Sequence record: LR756511.1
Reading direction: 5' to 3' (one strand)
DNA: 64,000 nucleotides
Part shown: in pieces, positions 18,262 to 27,996 of the stretch
How the letters are laid out: every line of letters starts with the position of its first letter
Numbering within the stretch: position 1 is the stretch's first letter
The notes under the pieces: generated by a model
Database searches by the model: none
Seen by the model: the letters and a program-made list of their open reading frames with translations, nothing else
Told to the model about the DNA's origin: nothing
Translations under genes and position numbers: made by a program

Positions 18262-18270
18262 GTACAGCTG
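18262..18270 (-). promoter_or_regulatory. CAGCTGTAC motif copy 6
   Basis: Exact; occupies nearly the whole intergenic gap. Confidence 0.65.
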
Positions 18271-19607
18271 TTACTTCCCACCCATTTCTTCTTCAAAAAT
18301 GGTAAGAACCTGTTTCTTGAGTCTAACAAAACGACAGCCGACAGGTCTAAAGAATGACCGATCATGCGTTCTGCTATAGCCATAAGTCTTTGAGGGTCTG
18401 TAATATAGAATACGGCTTTTCTCTACAAGCTTCAAGCCTGCTCCAGTCGCTGCCTTCTCGGAGTAGATAATGTAGTCTACTTCTGGCTCAGCCGCAAACT
18501 TAGCATTAATCTTTAAGCCTTGATGGGTTGTGCCTAAATGCGGATGCCCTCTGATATACAGCTTATCCTTGAAAATTCTAGTAAGCTCCGCGATTAAATA
18601 GGCATCGTAAATAAAAAGCCATTCACGACGTTCATCTTCTGGTAGTGAAAGTCGTTCTTGCAATTTAGGTCTTAGGGACGGATCAAAATTTGGTTTAATC
18701 GCTTGCATTACTTCTGCTCTGGCGGATTTTGTTCAAGAAACTCCCGCTTACATTCGTCGTAAGCTTCGTGAAGTCGCACTTGCCGACCGTCCTTCTCCCA
18801 CAAAGAAGTGTCAACTTGCGTCCAGCCAAATTTCTTGAGAATGTATCCTTTGTCTTGGCGAGAAGGCTTTTCATTTGCGAAGGATTGCCGCAAATTGCGA
18901 ATGTCTTCTTGCTTGTGGTCATAGTCCCAAATCGCCTGTTCGATTTCCTGTTGAACCTTATGGAAGGCATGAATTACTTTACGCCAGTATATAATTCGTT
19001 CCTCTGTCGCTTCAACAGTGGAATCGCCGCAACCCTTCTTTAGCCCTACGCCATAACAAGGATAAAGTTCATTTTCATTAACATAAGCTTTCATACTATC
19101 GTCCTGTAACTAACTTTTCCCATTCTATAAAGCAATCTTTACAGCCAGCAAAATCTTCATTTATTTCTTTCGGTGGATCAACCGTATGATCTATCCCATG
19201 AACGCTCCCAAGCCATAGTGGGCCAAATTTGCCGCATTTGTCACAATCGCCAATTGTGTCATGCGGCCAATTGGTATAGCTGTCCATTAGAACATCCCAT
19301 CAATAACACTTTTTTGCCGAATGCTCATGAACTTGTTAGCAATTTTTTCCGCTTCTTCTTCGCTCATGCAATTCATTCTTGCAAGACGTTTGCACGCGGC
19401 GAACACAGACAGTTCCCGAACATCGGGACTCATTGTGTTGTTAAGTAGTTCGTGGAACAGAACCGTCAGAACCATCAATTCCTTCTTTAATGATTCTAAT
19501 TCGGTCTGTGTTGTAAGGGGAGCAGCAACCAGCCCCAAATGCTGGCGCGATTTCCCACCCTGTTTGACTAAGGATGTACTCGAAGATTCCGCATTCGTAT
19601 CGGCCAT
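18271..19607 (-). CDS. Four hypothetical ORFs (18271-18708, 18708-19094, 19096-19287, 19287-19607)
   Basis: Coupled stop/start ORFs. Confidence 0.55.
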
Positions 19608-19746
19608 CTTTATCCCTCTGTAATGATTCGCATTGTTTTAATTCGTGGCTCCATCTTCCGAATTGGCAAGCACTTTTCTTACAACAATATCCGCTTCTAA
19701 CGCATGGTCGCGCGCCTGGGTATAACTGTAATGGCTGTCTTTCCAT
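19441..19746 (-). CDS. YkgJ-like Cys-cluster (Zn/Fe-chelating) protein
   Basis: CVRSGYCC...C...C...CGI...CC. Confidence 0.55.
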   Translation of the reverse strand: MERQPLQLYPGARPCVRSGYCCKKSACQFGRWSHELKQCESLQRDKDGRYECGIFEYILSQTGWEIAPAFGAGCCSPYNTDRIRIIKEGIDGSDGSVPRTT

Positions 19747-20327
19747 TTTTTTGCCCATTTTCCATGAACGCGACACATCCAATCGGCAAATTCCGCCTGG
19801 GTCATTGTCCCTTTTGCCATGTTGCATATTTTACAACATGGAACACAATTTTCGCTTATATAACCTTTAGTGTTATCCACTCTATCAATGCCATTGTATC
19901 TATAATTCTTATATTTGGTAAATCTATAACAACAATTTGGCAATGTCCCGCAATAGTAACACGGTAGCTGAGTTTTGGCTTTAAATTCATCTAATGATAT
20001 TTCAAAAACTTTATTTCGATCCCGTGCTGATAGTTTATAAGACCTATATACAGCCCGTGCAGGAGAATCAGGAGATTTATTATACCCGCCACGCAACTTT
20101 CCTAACTTGACTTTTGTTTCTACATCCAAACAACCACAACTTTTAGTATTTCCTTTCAAGAGGCTGCGACTTGCGACAATCTTTTTACCACCACAGTCAC
20201 ATTTACACAGCCATGCTGCATTTCTTTTGGTGCTTTTTTGCAAGTTCTTTAATTCTTGATCTAAAATTAGTTCGACAGCAATCAATTTCCCAAAACGTAT
20301 ATCCTTTAAATTTCTAAATTTTCCCAT
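19638..20327 (-). CDS. HNH homing endonuclease with N-terminal RFGKL/WLCKCDCG module
   Basis: RFGKLIAV, WLCKCDCG, SCGC, CYYCG, GIDRVDNTKGY, NCVPCCKICN; GGAG SD before ATG 20327. Confidence 0.85.
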   Translation of the reverse strand: MGKFRNLKDIRFGKLIAVELILDQELKNLQKSTKRNAAWLCKCDCGGKKIVASRSLLKGNTKSCGCLDVETKVKLGKLRGGYNKSPDSPARAVYRSYKLSARDRNKVFEISLDEFKAKTQLPCYYCGTLPNCCYRFTKYKNYRYNGIDRVDNTKGYISENCVPCCKICNMAKGTMTQAEFADWMCRVHGKWAKKWKDSHYSYTQARDHALEADIVVRKVLANSEDGATN

Positions 20328-20351
20328 GATATCTCCATTTGGAAATATCAT
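20326..20351 (-). promoter_or_regulatory. 11-bp hairpin covering SD and start codon
   Basis: AUGAUAUUUCC-aaau-GGAGAUAUCAU, one G-U pair. Confidence 0.65.
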
Positions 20352-20367
20352 AGTAATTAATAGGGTT

Positions 20368-20553
20368 TTATTGCTGTTTTTGTTTGTGTTCGCAGCAACA
20401 TCCCCTTAATGCGCGCCTTTCTGGAATAGCTTCGGTCCAGCCATTCCACCACCATTCCCAATCCTTCGATCCACACATATGCGGACAATATTCATCCCCA
20501 TTTAAACAGGCTTGATAGCCCGCATCACGCGCTTTCTGATACTTGTTTCCCAT
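20368..20553 (-). CDS. Hypothetical protein
   Basis: ORF track. Confidence 0.45.
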   Translation of the reverse strand: MGNKYQKARDAGYQACLNGDEYCPHMCGSKDWEWWWNGWTEAIPERRALRGCCCEHKQKQQ

Positions 20554-20785
20554 TTTTTTTCTTTGCTTCTTTTGCGGTTAGTTTCCGTTTGAATAGGTAC
20601 CGCCGCATGTTATCACTTACCCACACTATTTCCCAGCCTTCTGCTCCAATTGCATTCAGAATCTCTTCCATACTTTCTTCTGGATTAATAGAGCGGGGAT
20701 CGCTTGGCGGTTTTACAGCAACAAGGGTGCCGTTGCGCCAAAACATATCCTTATTATCAAAGCAAACAGCTTTATATTCCCACAT
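20525..20785 (-). CDS. DUF4177-like protein
   Basis: MWEYKAV...EEILNAIGAEGWEIV...YLFKR. Confidence 0.75.
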   Translation of the reverse strand: MWEYKAVCFDNKDMFWRNGTLVAVKPPSDPRSINPEESMEEILNAIGAEGWEIVWVSDNMRRYLFKRKLTAKEAKKKNGKQVSESA

Positions 20786-20953
20786 ACTAACCCCCAATTT
20801 CATAGCCGTAGAACGGCGGGGCTACCTTTTTCTGAAATTGTTCGTAAAGAGCATTATTTACTTCATGTAAAGCCAAGCCTTCCGCTTCGGAATAACTGAT
20901 TTCTTCCTCCGTCTTAACCTCAATTGTAACCTTAACCTCTATGAATTGAGATT

Positions 20954-21948
20954 TCATTTACCTCTCCCACACTTGCAGCCAGCGGTCATTAGAACCTGAA
21001 TGTCGCAAACGCATCCTTTTGGTTCAGGTTTTACGAAAGCTTCATAAATTCGTTTCAATTCGGCCATCGTTAATCCGCTAACACACGTTTGATGATAAGG
21101 ATGCCACGTATTACCACTTATATAACCACTGACGCTTCCTTTAACATAAAGCTCGCCGTCGTCGCCCAATCCCCAATGCCAATTTGCCTCGCCAGTTTTA
21201 TAAAATATCGCGTAAGACCTGGATTTGGCAAACTCTTTATCTTCGAATTCCTTTACAATCTTCATAAAGATTCCTTAAATGTTATACACGTTGGTCAATG
21301 TATAATCAATAAGCAATGCAAGACCATCCGCCGCCGCATTAGCGATGTCGGGTCGTTCATGCTCTCTGAACATCCTGGCAAATTCGTGATAAAATGGCAG
21401 AACGCTTCGAATAATGCCGTCATTCATCATTCGGTCTAGAATTTCCAGTCGAGCGCCGTTATCTATGCTTTTATATTCATCGCAATAAGGGTCAAAAAGA
21501 TCACGAAATGCTACCATTGAGCTACGGCGAACGGGATCGCCAAGCTCATAGTTGACAAGACATTTTTCGCGGATTTCATTTATATCGCTCATCGTGAATC
21601 TCCCGTATATTCGGGCCAAACCCCGCCATCTTCCCGTCGCCCTTTGTTAAACTCTTCGCAAAGTCGTTCCAATTCTTCTCTTTCTGCTGGGGTTAATTGC
21701 GGCGGGTCGCCATCAAGGTTTCGCACACGTCCCTTGCTAGCGGGACCGTAGGCGATAGCCAAATGAAAGAACCAATCAAGGTGAAACCATTTGCTATTGC
21801 TACAGGGAATATCATCTATCGTATCAAATTGCCACTTGGGATACCAAGATGGTAGATGATATTCCCTGTTCCATTGCGGTGTGGTAATTGAAATCCACAT
21901 CCCGAAGAGATACGCATTCAATTCCACCGAAAATAATGGCTCTTTCAT
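20954..21948 (-). CDS. Three hypothetical ORFs (20954-21265, 21275-21592, 21589-21948)
   Basis: ORF track. Confidence 0.5.
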
Positions 21949-22367
21949 CGCCGCGCCTTTGCCTTATTCTTAGCCTTGACCTTGATAGGCTTCTTTGCCT
22001 TAGCCTTGGGCTTAGTCTTAAGCTTGGTTTTCTTGGGCGCCACCTTAGCCTTAGACTTCGGCTTAACCTTGCTCTTGACGACAACCTTCTTCGGCGCCAC
22101 CTTTTTCTTGGCTTTTGGGACGGAATTCTTGACTACGGCAGCGGCGGGAGCAAGAGGAGCCGTGACGACTGGTTGAGTGGGCTTGAATGGGTTCAAACCT
22201 TCGGCCTCTTCCATGTTCATATTTTGAGCATAGCGAACCGTAGTATCCTCAACAACGAATGCACGCCTGCCCTCGAAAACAAGCTTGAGAAATTCAGCGG
22301 CCTTTTCAACAGTGGCGGTAGTGCCTTGTCGCAAGCTAGTGCCAGCTTCCACAAAGAACTTAATCAT
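21945..22367 (-). CDS. Histone H1-like Lys/Ala/Pro-rich protein
   Basis: C-terminal half of repeated KAKKK, KPK, VAPKK. Confidence 0.7.
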   Translation of the reverse strand: MIKFFVEAGTSLRQGTTATVEKAAEFLKLVFEGRRAFVVEDTTVRYAQNMNMEEAEGLNPFKPTQPVVTAPLAPAAAVVKNSVPKAKKKVAPKKVVVKSKVKPKSKAKVAPKKTKLKTKPKAKAKKPIKVKAKNKAKARR

Positions 22368-22409
22368 GATCTTTCACTTTCTTTTCGGTTGTTTATGGGT
22401 TCATGCGAC

Positions 22410-24513
22410 TCATGTACAGCTGTAAACTCCACCTAGCCTTAGAAACAAGTCGAACACTTCCTTTGGGACACTATACCACCGCAAGCCATCCCAAACTTCA
22501 TGTTTGTCTCTATTGCCAACCTTATCTTCAATGATTTGTGCTTTGCAAGCTTCCTGAAAAACCCATTGTTTTATCTTGTAATTAGGGTTTGGTGAATCGA
22601 ACTCCGTAAATATCATTCCGCCTCCTGCTAGTTAAATCTGCTGACTAATAGCGTCTACTCCGAATTGAATGCTTTGTAGACCGCTCTCAATATCCTGCAC
22701 CCCTGTATCCAAATCTTCCAATAGGGATTCAAGGTCATGGTAAAGCTCACGTATTGCATCCCTTGTCTTTGCCAATTCGTTCTTCTTGGCTTCAATTTGC
22801 GTACAAAGGGACTGCACCTTTTTAAGCTGAATCTTGGTCATTAGTAGGTCCAGTTAGCGGACTTAACCTCTGTAGATTCTGGATAGAATACTACATGAAA
22901 TTCCGCTCGTTGTGAAGGCTTATCGCCACGATCAAAGAAAAATACGATTAAATAGTAATTTGGTCCCACTCTCTCAATGCCGCTACGATCTTTCACGGTT
23001 TGAGAAATGAAGTTAAAATTACTGAATACATTATCAACAATTTCGTGTCGCTCGTCATTCAGGTTCATGTTAATCCTTAGTAATTATAGGCATAACAAGC
23101 CCAACAAATAACCCCAATGATGGGCACCAAAATAGTCAAATAGCCAGCGAACAATCGCAGGAGATTGTAGGGCACCATGTCCAAATTATAGCTACCTGTC
23201 AGACGGAGTATCAAACAGATAACCCCATGCCACAAGCCGCCAACAGCATAGGCAATTGCGCCAATGTATCCGTCAATCATCTCCCAACTCCCATTTCAAA
23301 AAGGCTTCAAGACCTTTCATAAATTCGTCTCGTCCGTAGCGATACTTAATCTTAACAACGCCATCCTCAATTTCAGCCCACCAGTCATTGCCAGAATTAA
23401 GCTGCCACTTATAACCGCCACCGAATGAAGTATCCTTGGAGAAGACGCCTTCATCCGTATCGCAAACAATACGGGCGATACGCTTCATGAGCGATTCTTC
23501 TTTGTCTGGTTTGACCCAGCGACGGTGTAACTTGAAGCTAATTTCCATCTTTCTTCTCCACCATTGGCCAGATAATACCATACTTCCGAAGAACGACACG
23601 CGCTTCAGGGGAATTGTTCACGAATTCCGTGAACATTTGGATTGCGATGGTATTAGGAATCCTGGCGCGGACAGGAACCGTGGCAGGATCATAGCCATGA
23701 GTCATTACTAGCTCGTTGCCAAGCTCCATGAGTACAGCTTTAAGATTCACTTTTCCTCCAAAGCTGGTAGCTATCCCACACTTTTGTTAAGTAATTAACG
23801 ATTCCAACAAAGGTTTTGCGCGATCCTTTACCTTTAAGCCTGAGAACAGGACTATCGCCTTTATAGATTAGGAATTCAATTTGGGAATCGGTAAGGTCGG
23901 CCATATCCGACTTAGCCCTTTTAACCATTTTACCTACGTCTTCGACAGAAAGCTCCCACTCTCTTCCTGCTGTTTCGAGCATGAAGGCTTGGCTTGCTGG
24001 TCTAAACGTTAGACGGAAGTTGATTAGTTTCATGGGGTTTTGCGAATTTGCAAGTGTGTGTTGTCAGTGGTTGATTGCAATACTGACATAGCCCTCGCCG
24101 TTTACATTCCCAGCGACGTTGGATTTCTTTATGAAGTTCCGCGTCCGTGTATTCATCCAGGTCTTTTGGATAGCCCATTATGCACTCTTCTGGCAAATTG
24201 GATTGGTGGTGTACAAAAACTCCGTAAGCTCAGGATCAAGACTGGCAAGCCAGTCGCATTGATTTTGGCTTAGCTCAAATTGCCCATACTTGTTTTTACC
24301 TGAAGTAATTTCGAGTGCGCTTTCGCCCATTGCGCACCAGTAAGTTGAGCTTGCCTCAAACTGACGGCACTTGTAGTATACCATCGCTGGCGTATCGGCG
24401 CCAGGATCATCGGGAACCACGCGCTGACGATCAAGAACAACGCGCAACCCACGATACTCCCAAATCTTGTAGCGGTCGTCAGAGTGAACCAGCTTGCTTC
24501 GTGTGAATTTCAT
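22410..24513 (-). CDS. Block of about nine short hypothetical ORFs
   Basis: Tightly packed 64-117 aa ORFs from track; variant motif AAGCTGTAC at 24539-24547 precedes the block. Confidence 0.5.
22414..22422 (-). promoter_or_regulatory. CAGCTGTAC motif copy 7
   Basis: Exact; 46 nt upstream of the histone-like gene. Confidence 0.65.
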
Positions 24514-24546
24514 AGTTTTGCCCTCCTGCACCGCTGTTGTACAGCT

Positions 24547-24705
24547 TCAACGGTCACGGTCATCGTCCTGATAAGGCAAATAATCGCTATCGTAGCGATG
24601 CTGTTTGTTGATTTGTCTACGATAAGCCTCCAATTCAGCCCGAAGGGACTTTATTGTAGCTTTCAATTGCTCATTCTCTTTCCGAAGCTGGTCTAGTTCA
24701 TCCAT
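24547..24705 (-). CDS. 52-aa coiled-coil ORF not in track (MDELDQLRKENEQLK...)
   Basis: Starts 8 nt after the -10 at 24714; heptad pattern. Confidence 0.55.
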   Translation of the reverse strand: MDELDQLRKENEQLKATIKSLRAELEAYRRQINKQHRYDSDYLPYQDDDRDR

Positions 24706-24713
24706 CTTGCTCT

Positions 24714-24741
24714 ACTATACTACAAAATCTCTACTTGGAAA
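24714..24741 (-). promoter_or_regulatory. Sigma70-like early promoter
   Basis: TTTCCA-N16 (ending TGTAG)-TATAGT. Confidence 0.65.
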
Positions 24742-24749
24742 GCGGTTTT

Positions 24750-26408
24750 CTAGAACACGTCCTCAAACTTGCATTGCATATGCTCCCGTACAAATTTCTC
24801 CCAATCAGAGAAGTCAGCCAGATCACCGAACGCGCCATTAACGATTTTCTTCTTAATGAGTGGAATGCCGCTCTCGATCATTTTTTTCCAGTGAAAGACA
24901 TGAGGATTTTTAGGAGGATTTTCCTTTTCGTCTGCTGGCATATAGGCTCCCATCTTAATACGTTCCTTCATAATATTACTAAGTCTTACTTCTCCCTCAA
25001 TCAAAGTTGCAACTCGCTGCACAAATGGCATTGCCGTGGTGTGAATTTTGTAATGTTTGAAGAAATTATGGAGTAGTACAATCGCTGGTTTTTCTGCAAC
25101 AACAAAATAGCTCTGTATGTGGCGTTCCGTATTTCTTAGTATCTCTTCCCAACGTCTCTCCCTGTCAGGCCAAATCTTATCAAAACCATTCGGCTTCTCC
25201 CGCGACTCCGTTAAACCCCAAAACTCGTATTTATTCTCAGCGGCCCATTGAAAAATATTGCTTAGTGAACCAAACAAAATAGCACTATCGTTAACCAAAC
25301 CAATTCGATGATATTTCTCTGGCAATGTACTTAATCGTTTCTTCCACATGCCAAAATCTAAACCATTATTCTCCACCATTGTTACCTTCCAGTCGCATTT
25401 ATCCATGTGCCTGTAATTAGTAACAATTTCCACTTCGTCAAACTGTCTAGACAATTCTTCTAAATAGAAGCGAACATATTTTGGTAATCTTGGCTCATTT
25501 GAAAAATGACTAAATAAACAAATAGACTTGTCACCAATCTGCGGTTGCCATCCATAGTCTTCTGGCGGCTCATGCGGCTTGTCCCTTGGTTGAAGTTCAG
25601 TGAATTCGCCCTTTGTTGGCAATCCAACCGTTCGTAAACCAACTGCTCTACCAATATCGCTGTAAGTTCGCTCAAAAAAGTGAGCAAGCATTCCATCTTT
25701 GCCGTCCTTGACTTCTTGAGGCGACTCATGTGTTACATTTGTGTCAAACTTAAACACTTCATTGGATACATTCGCCTTCTGCAAGTATTCAAAGATTTCA
25801 TTCCTGCCCCAAAACATTGTGCCGCCGATAAATTCGCAGCGAATCATATTAAATGGAATTCGCAATAAGCCACACAAATAATGATATCCATTGTTAACAC
25901 AACCATTTAAATTATAAGAAATGCAACTCTCTGGACCTACTAGACCAATATCAGGATTATCGCGCATCAAGGTCAATATTTCTTGAATCTTCTCTTTTGA
26001 TCCCAGGAGAGACTCAAGAAGTTCTTTTTTCCAAGCCTTATTCTTTTTTGAATGTACCTTACAAACATATTTAATTCCACTTAAATTGGCATGGCGAAGT
26101 ATATTAAGTGTCCCGCCCATGTCCTGCCCGACATTATCAGAAAAATACACTTCCGAATAGGGAACTTGACTTTCTATTTTCTTTTTTAGATAATCAGCGT
26201 ATAATTTGTTTTTTGGGGTGACAACGACATTAACAAACAGCTTATATGGCTCCGATATGTTGCAAATATAGCTATATAATTCATCCCACATCTCTTGATA
26301 ATAGACATGGGCGAGTACGGCAACTTTAATATTGGACGGTTTTTCGATTGGAGTTGTGCTTACAACCGACGATGCCGCCTTGCCTTTTCCAAAATTTCCA
26401 ATTTTCAT
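24750..26408 (-). CDS. Two-domain rhamnan synthesis F (RgpF)-like glycosyltransferase
   Basis: VLAHVYY...NVGQD...CKVHSKK and ICLFSHF...ENNGLDFG...LVNDS...FWGLT...HIQSYF. Confidence 0.75.
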   Translation of the reverse strand: MKIGNFGKGKAASSVVSTTPIEKPSNIKVAVLAHVYYQEMWDELYSYICNISEPYKLFVNVVVTPKNKLYADYLKKKIESQVPYSEVYFSDNVGQDMGGTLNILRHANLSGIKYVCKVHSKKNKAWKKELLESLLGSKEKIQEILTLMRDNPDIGLVGPESCISYNLNGCVNNGYHYLCGLLRIPFNMIRCEFIGGTMFWGRNEIFEYLQKANVSNEVFKFDTNVTHESPQEVKDGKDGMLAHFFERTYSDIGRAVGLRTVGLPTKGEFTELQPRDKPHEPPEDYGWQPQIGDKSICLFSHFSNEPRLPKYVRFYLEELSRQFDEVEIVTNYRHMDKCDWKVTMVENNGLDFGMWKKRLSTLPEKYHRIGLVNDSAILFGSLSNIFQWAAENKYEFWGLTESREKPNGFDKIWPDRERRWEEILRNTERHIQSYFVVAEKPAIVLLHNFFKHYKIHTTAMPFVQRVATLIEGEVRLSNIMKERIKMGAYMPADEKENPPKNPHVFHWKKMIESGIPLIKKKIVNGAFGDLADFSDWEKFVREHMQCKFEDVF

Positions 26409-26462
26409 GTTCAGATCACTTTAAGACGAATGTAATCTAAAATAGTAGTCAAAATGAAAATT

Positions 26463-26723
26463 TCATGCAAGTCGATTTCGCAATCTTTCCTTGAGCCACG
26501 CCCTATCGACTTCTTGTGCCCCTAAAGACAAAGCGAGCTTCCTCCGCTTAGCCGTAAGGTCATAGTGGGGAAGCTTCCTATTTTGAAACCACGCCTTTTT
26601 CATACCGATTTTGGCAGCAAATTCGTGTAATTCCTCAACACTGTCCGCAAACATATGGCAAAATTGGTTCCATCGCCAACCCTTCTTTGGCGTGCAATCT
26701 TGGAGAGCGTCAATGTATATCAT
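26463..26723 (-). CDS. DUF4031 family protein
   Basis: IYID...CHMFADSVEELHEFAAKIG...WFQ...PHYDLT. Confidence 0.85.
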   Translation of the reverse strand: MIYIDALQDCTPKKGWRWNQFCHMFADSVEELHEFAAKIGMKKAWFQNRKLPHYDLTAKRRKLALSLGAQEVDRAWLKERLRNRLA

Positions 26724-27667
26724 GAATAATAATCGTGCAGCAGCTTTTTAAAGATGCGAAGATGCTCCTCTAGCTCATCCTCTGGCATCTTATCCAAATC
26801 CTTGCCCTTCGTCGTTCGCACGTCCTTATGTGCATAATCCGCCTCCCACGGCTCTCCATTTACCATAACCGTATATGTGGTGGTCAATGGGGTGACTGAG
26901 TGCCACGTCAGCGGAGTAACAATCTCGTATTTGCTACCCTTTTCAAGAACCAATTTCAACACATGCGCTGGCGGTTCTGTCCGATTGGTCGAATAGCCTA
27001 CCTCCATTTCATAGGCGCCGTGTAGAATGACAAACGCCCCAGGCCAAGGATGCGGGTGCAAGAATGATTCATGGGTATCACATGGATTAAACTTATGCAA
27101 GCATAGCCTTAATCCATTTGGCAACTGAGTATGAACACGATAGGTATGCGGCTTGCGACGGTTGACAATCAGCGAATCCCACTTCGACCGATCATCAAGT
27201 AAAGGCGACAAATCCTTCAAAGCAGCTTCAAGTTCTTTCAGCATATAAGTCTCCTCATAATAATGAGAGTTTGTTGAAGCTGGAATTAGTTCTCGGTGTG
27301 CTTTGGTAGAGAAGTTGTCTGGAAATACATGAACGATCTTACGCTTGTCATCTTTTCGCAAGCAGAAAGAATTATACCATGCTTTTCCAGGGGTTAAAGG
27401 ACTGCCAACATGCCAACCAGCATACTTCTCCTTAAACATCTTGGCAACATCTGGCATGTATTTCTCCAGAACTTCTATGCCCTGCAAAACTTTAATTTCT
27501 TGTGGAAACATTAGGTCATGCTTCTTGCAAAGGAGTTGAGCTATCTCGTCTCTTAGAATGTTGGGATATAACGTTCCAACCATCTGTTCTAAAAGCGTTT
27601 CTCTGGATTTAATTTCCTCATCAATGGTCTTCAAATCCATTTTTCTAAGGTCAGTATCACGTATCAT
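26720..27667 (-). CDS. Hypothetical protein with C-terminal cupin domain
   Basis: LCLHKF, LHPHPWP, GAYE, TWHSV; internal GAGGAG-N6-ATG at 27244. Confidence 0.65.
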   Translation of the reverse strand: MIRDTDLRKMDLKTIDEEIKSRETLLEQMVGTLYPNILRDEIAQLLCKKHDLMFPQEIKVLQGIEVLEKYMPDVAKMFKEKYAGWHVGSPLTPGKAWYNSFCLRKDDKRKIVHVFPDNFSTKAHRELIPASTNSHYYEETYMLKELEAALKDLSPLLDDRSKWDSLIVNRRKPHTYRVHTQLPNGLRLCLHKFNPCDTHESFLHPHPWPGAFVILHGAYEMEVGYSTNRTEPPAHVLKLVLEKGSKYEIVTPLTWHSVTPLTTTYTVMVNGEPWEADYAHKDVRTTKGKDLDKMPEDELEEHLRIFKKLLHDYYS

Positions 27668-27672
27668 TAAGC

Positions 27673-27996
27673 TTACCTTTTACGGGGTCTTGGTATTGGT
27701 GGAGTTTCAGGCTTGTCCGATGCTATATCACGCTGTAATTCATAATCCCAATGCACTGACCAATACGTGCCATTTTCTAGTAAGAAACCAATTTTTGAAT
27801 AGCCCCGATAAAGGCTATATGATTCACCACCCTTCCAACGTCCTTGAGAAACCCAATAAATGCCATGCTCCTGCGTCTTGTCAAGGACTGGACCTTCCAT
27901 TTCTGGTGGAATTATCGTCGCCAATGTCAAAACAAGTAAATAAGTCATAATTAGATCATGTAACGAGACATGCCCAATCCAGCCTTGCGTGCCCAT
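27673..27996 (-). CDS. Hypothetical protein
   Basis: ORF track; start uncertain. Confidence 0.4.
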   Translation of the reverse strand: MGTQGWIGHVSLHDLIMTYLLVLTLATIIPPEMEGPVLDKTQEHGIYWVSQGRWKGGESYSLYRGYSKIGFLLENGTYWSVHWDYELQRDIASDKPETPPIPRPRKR

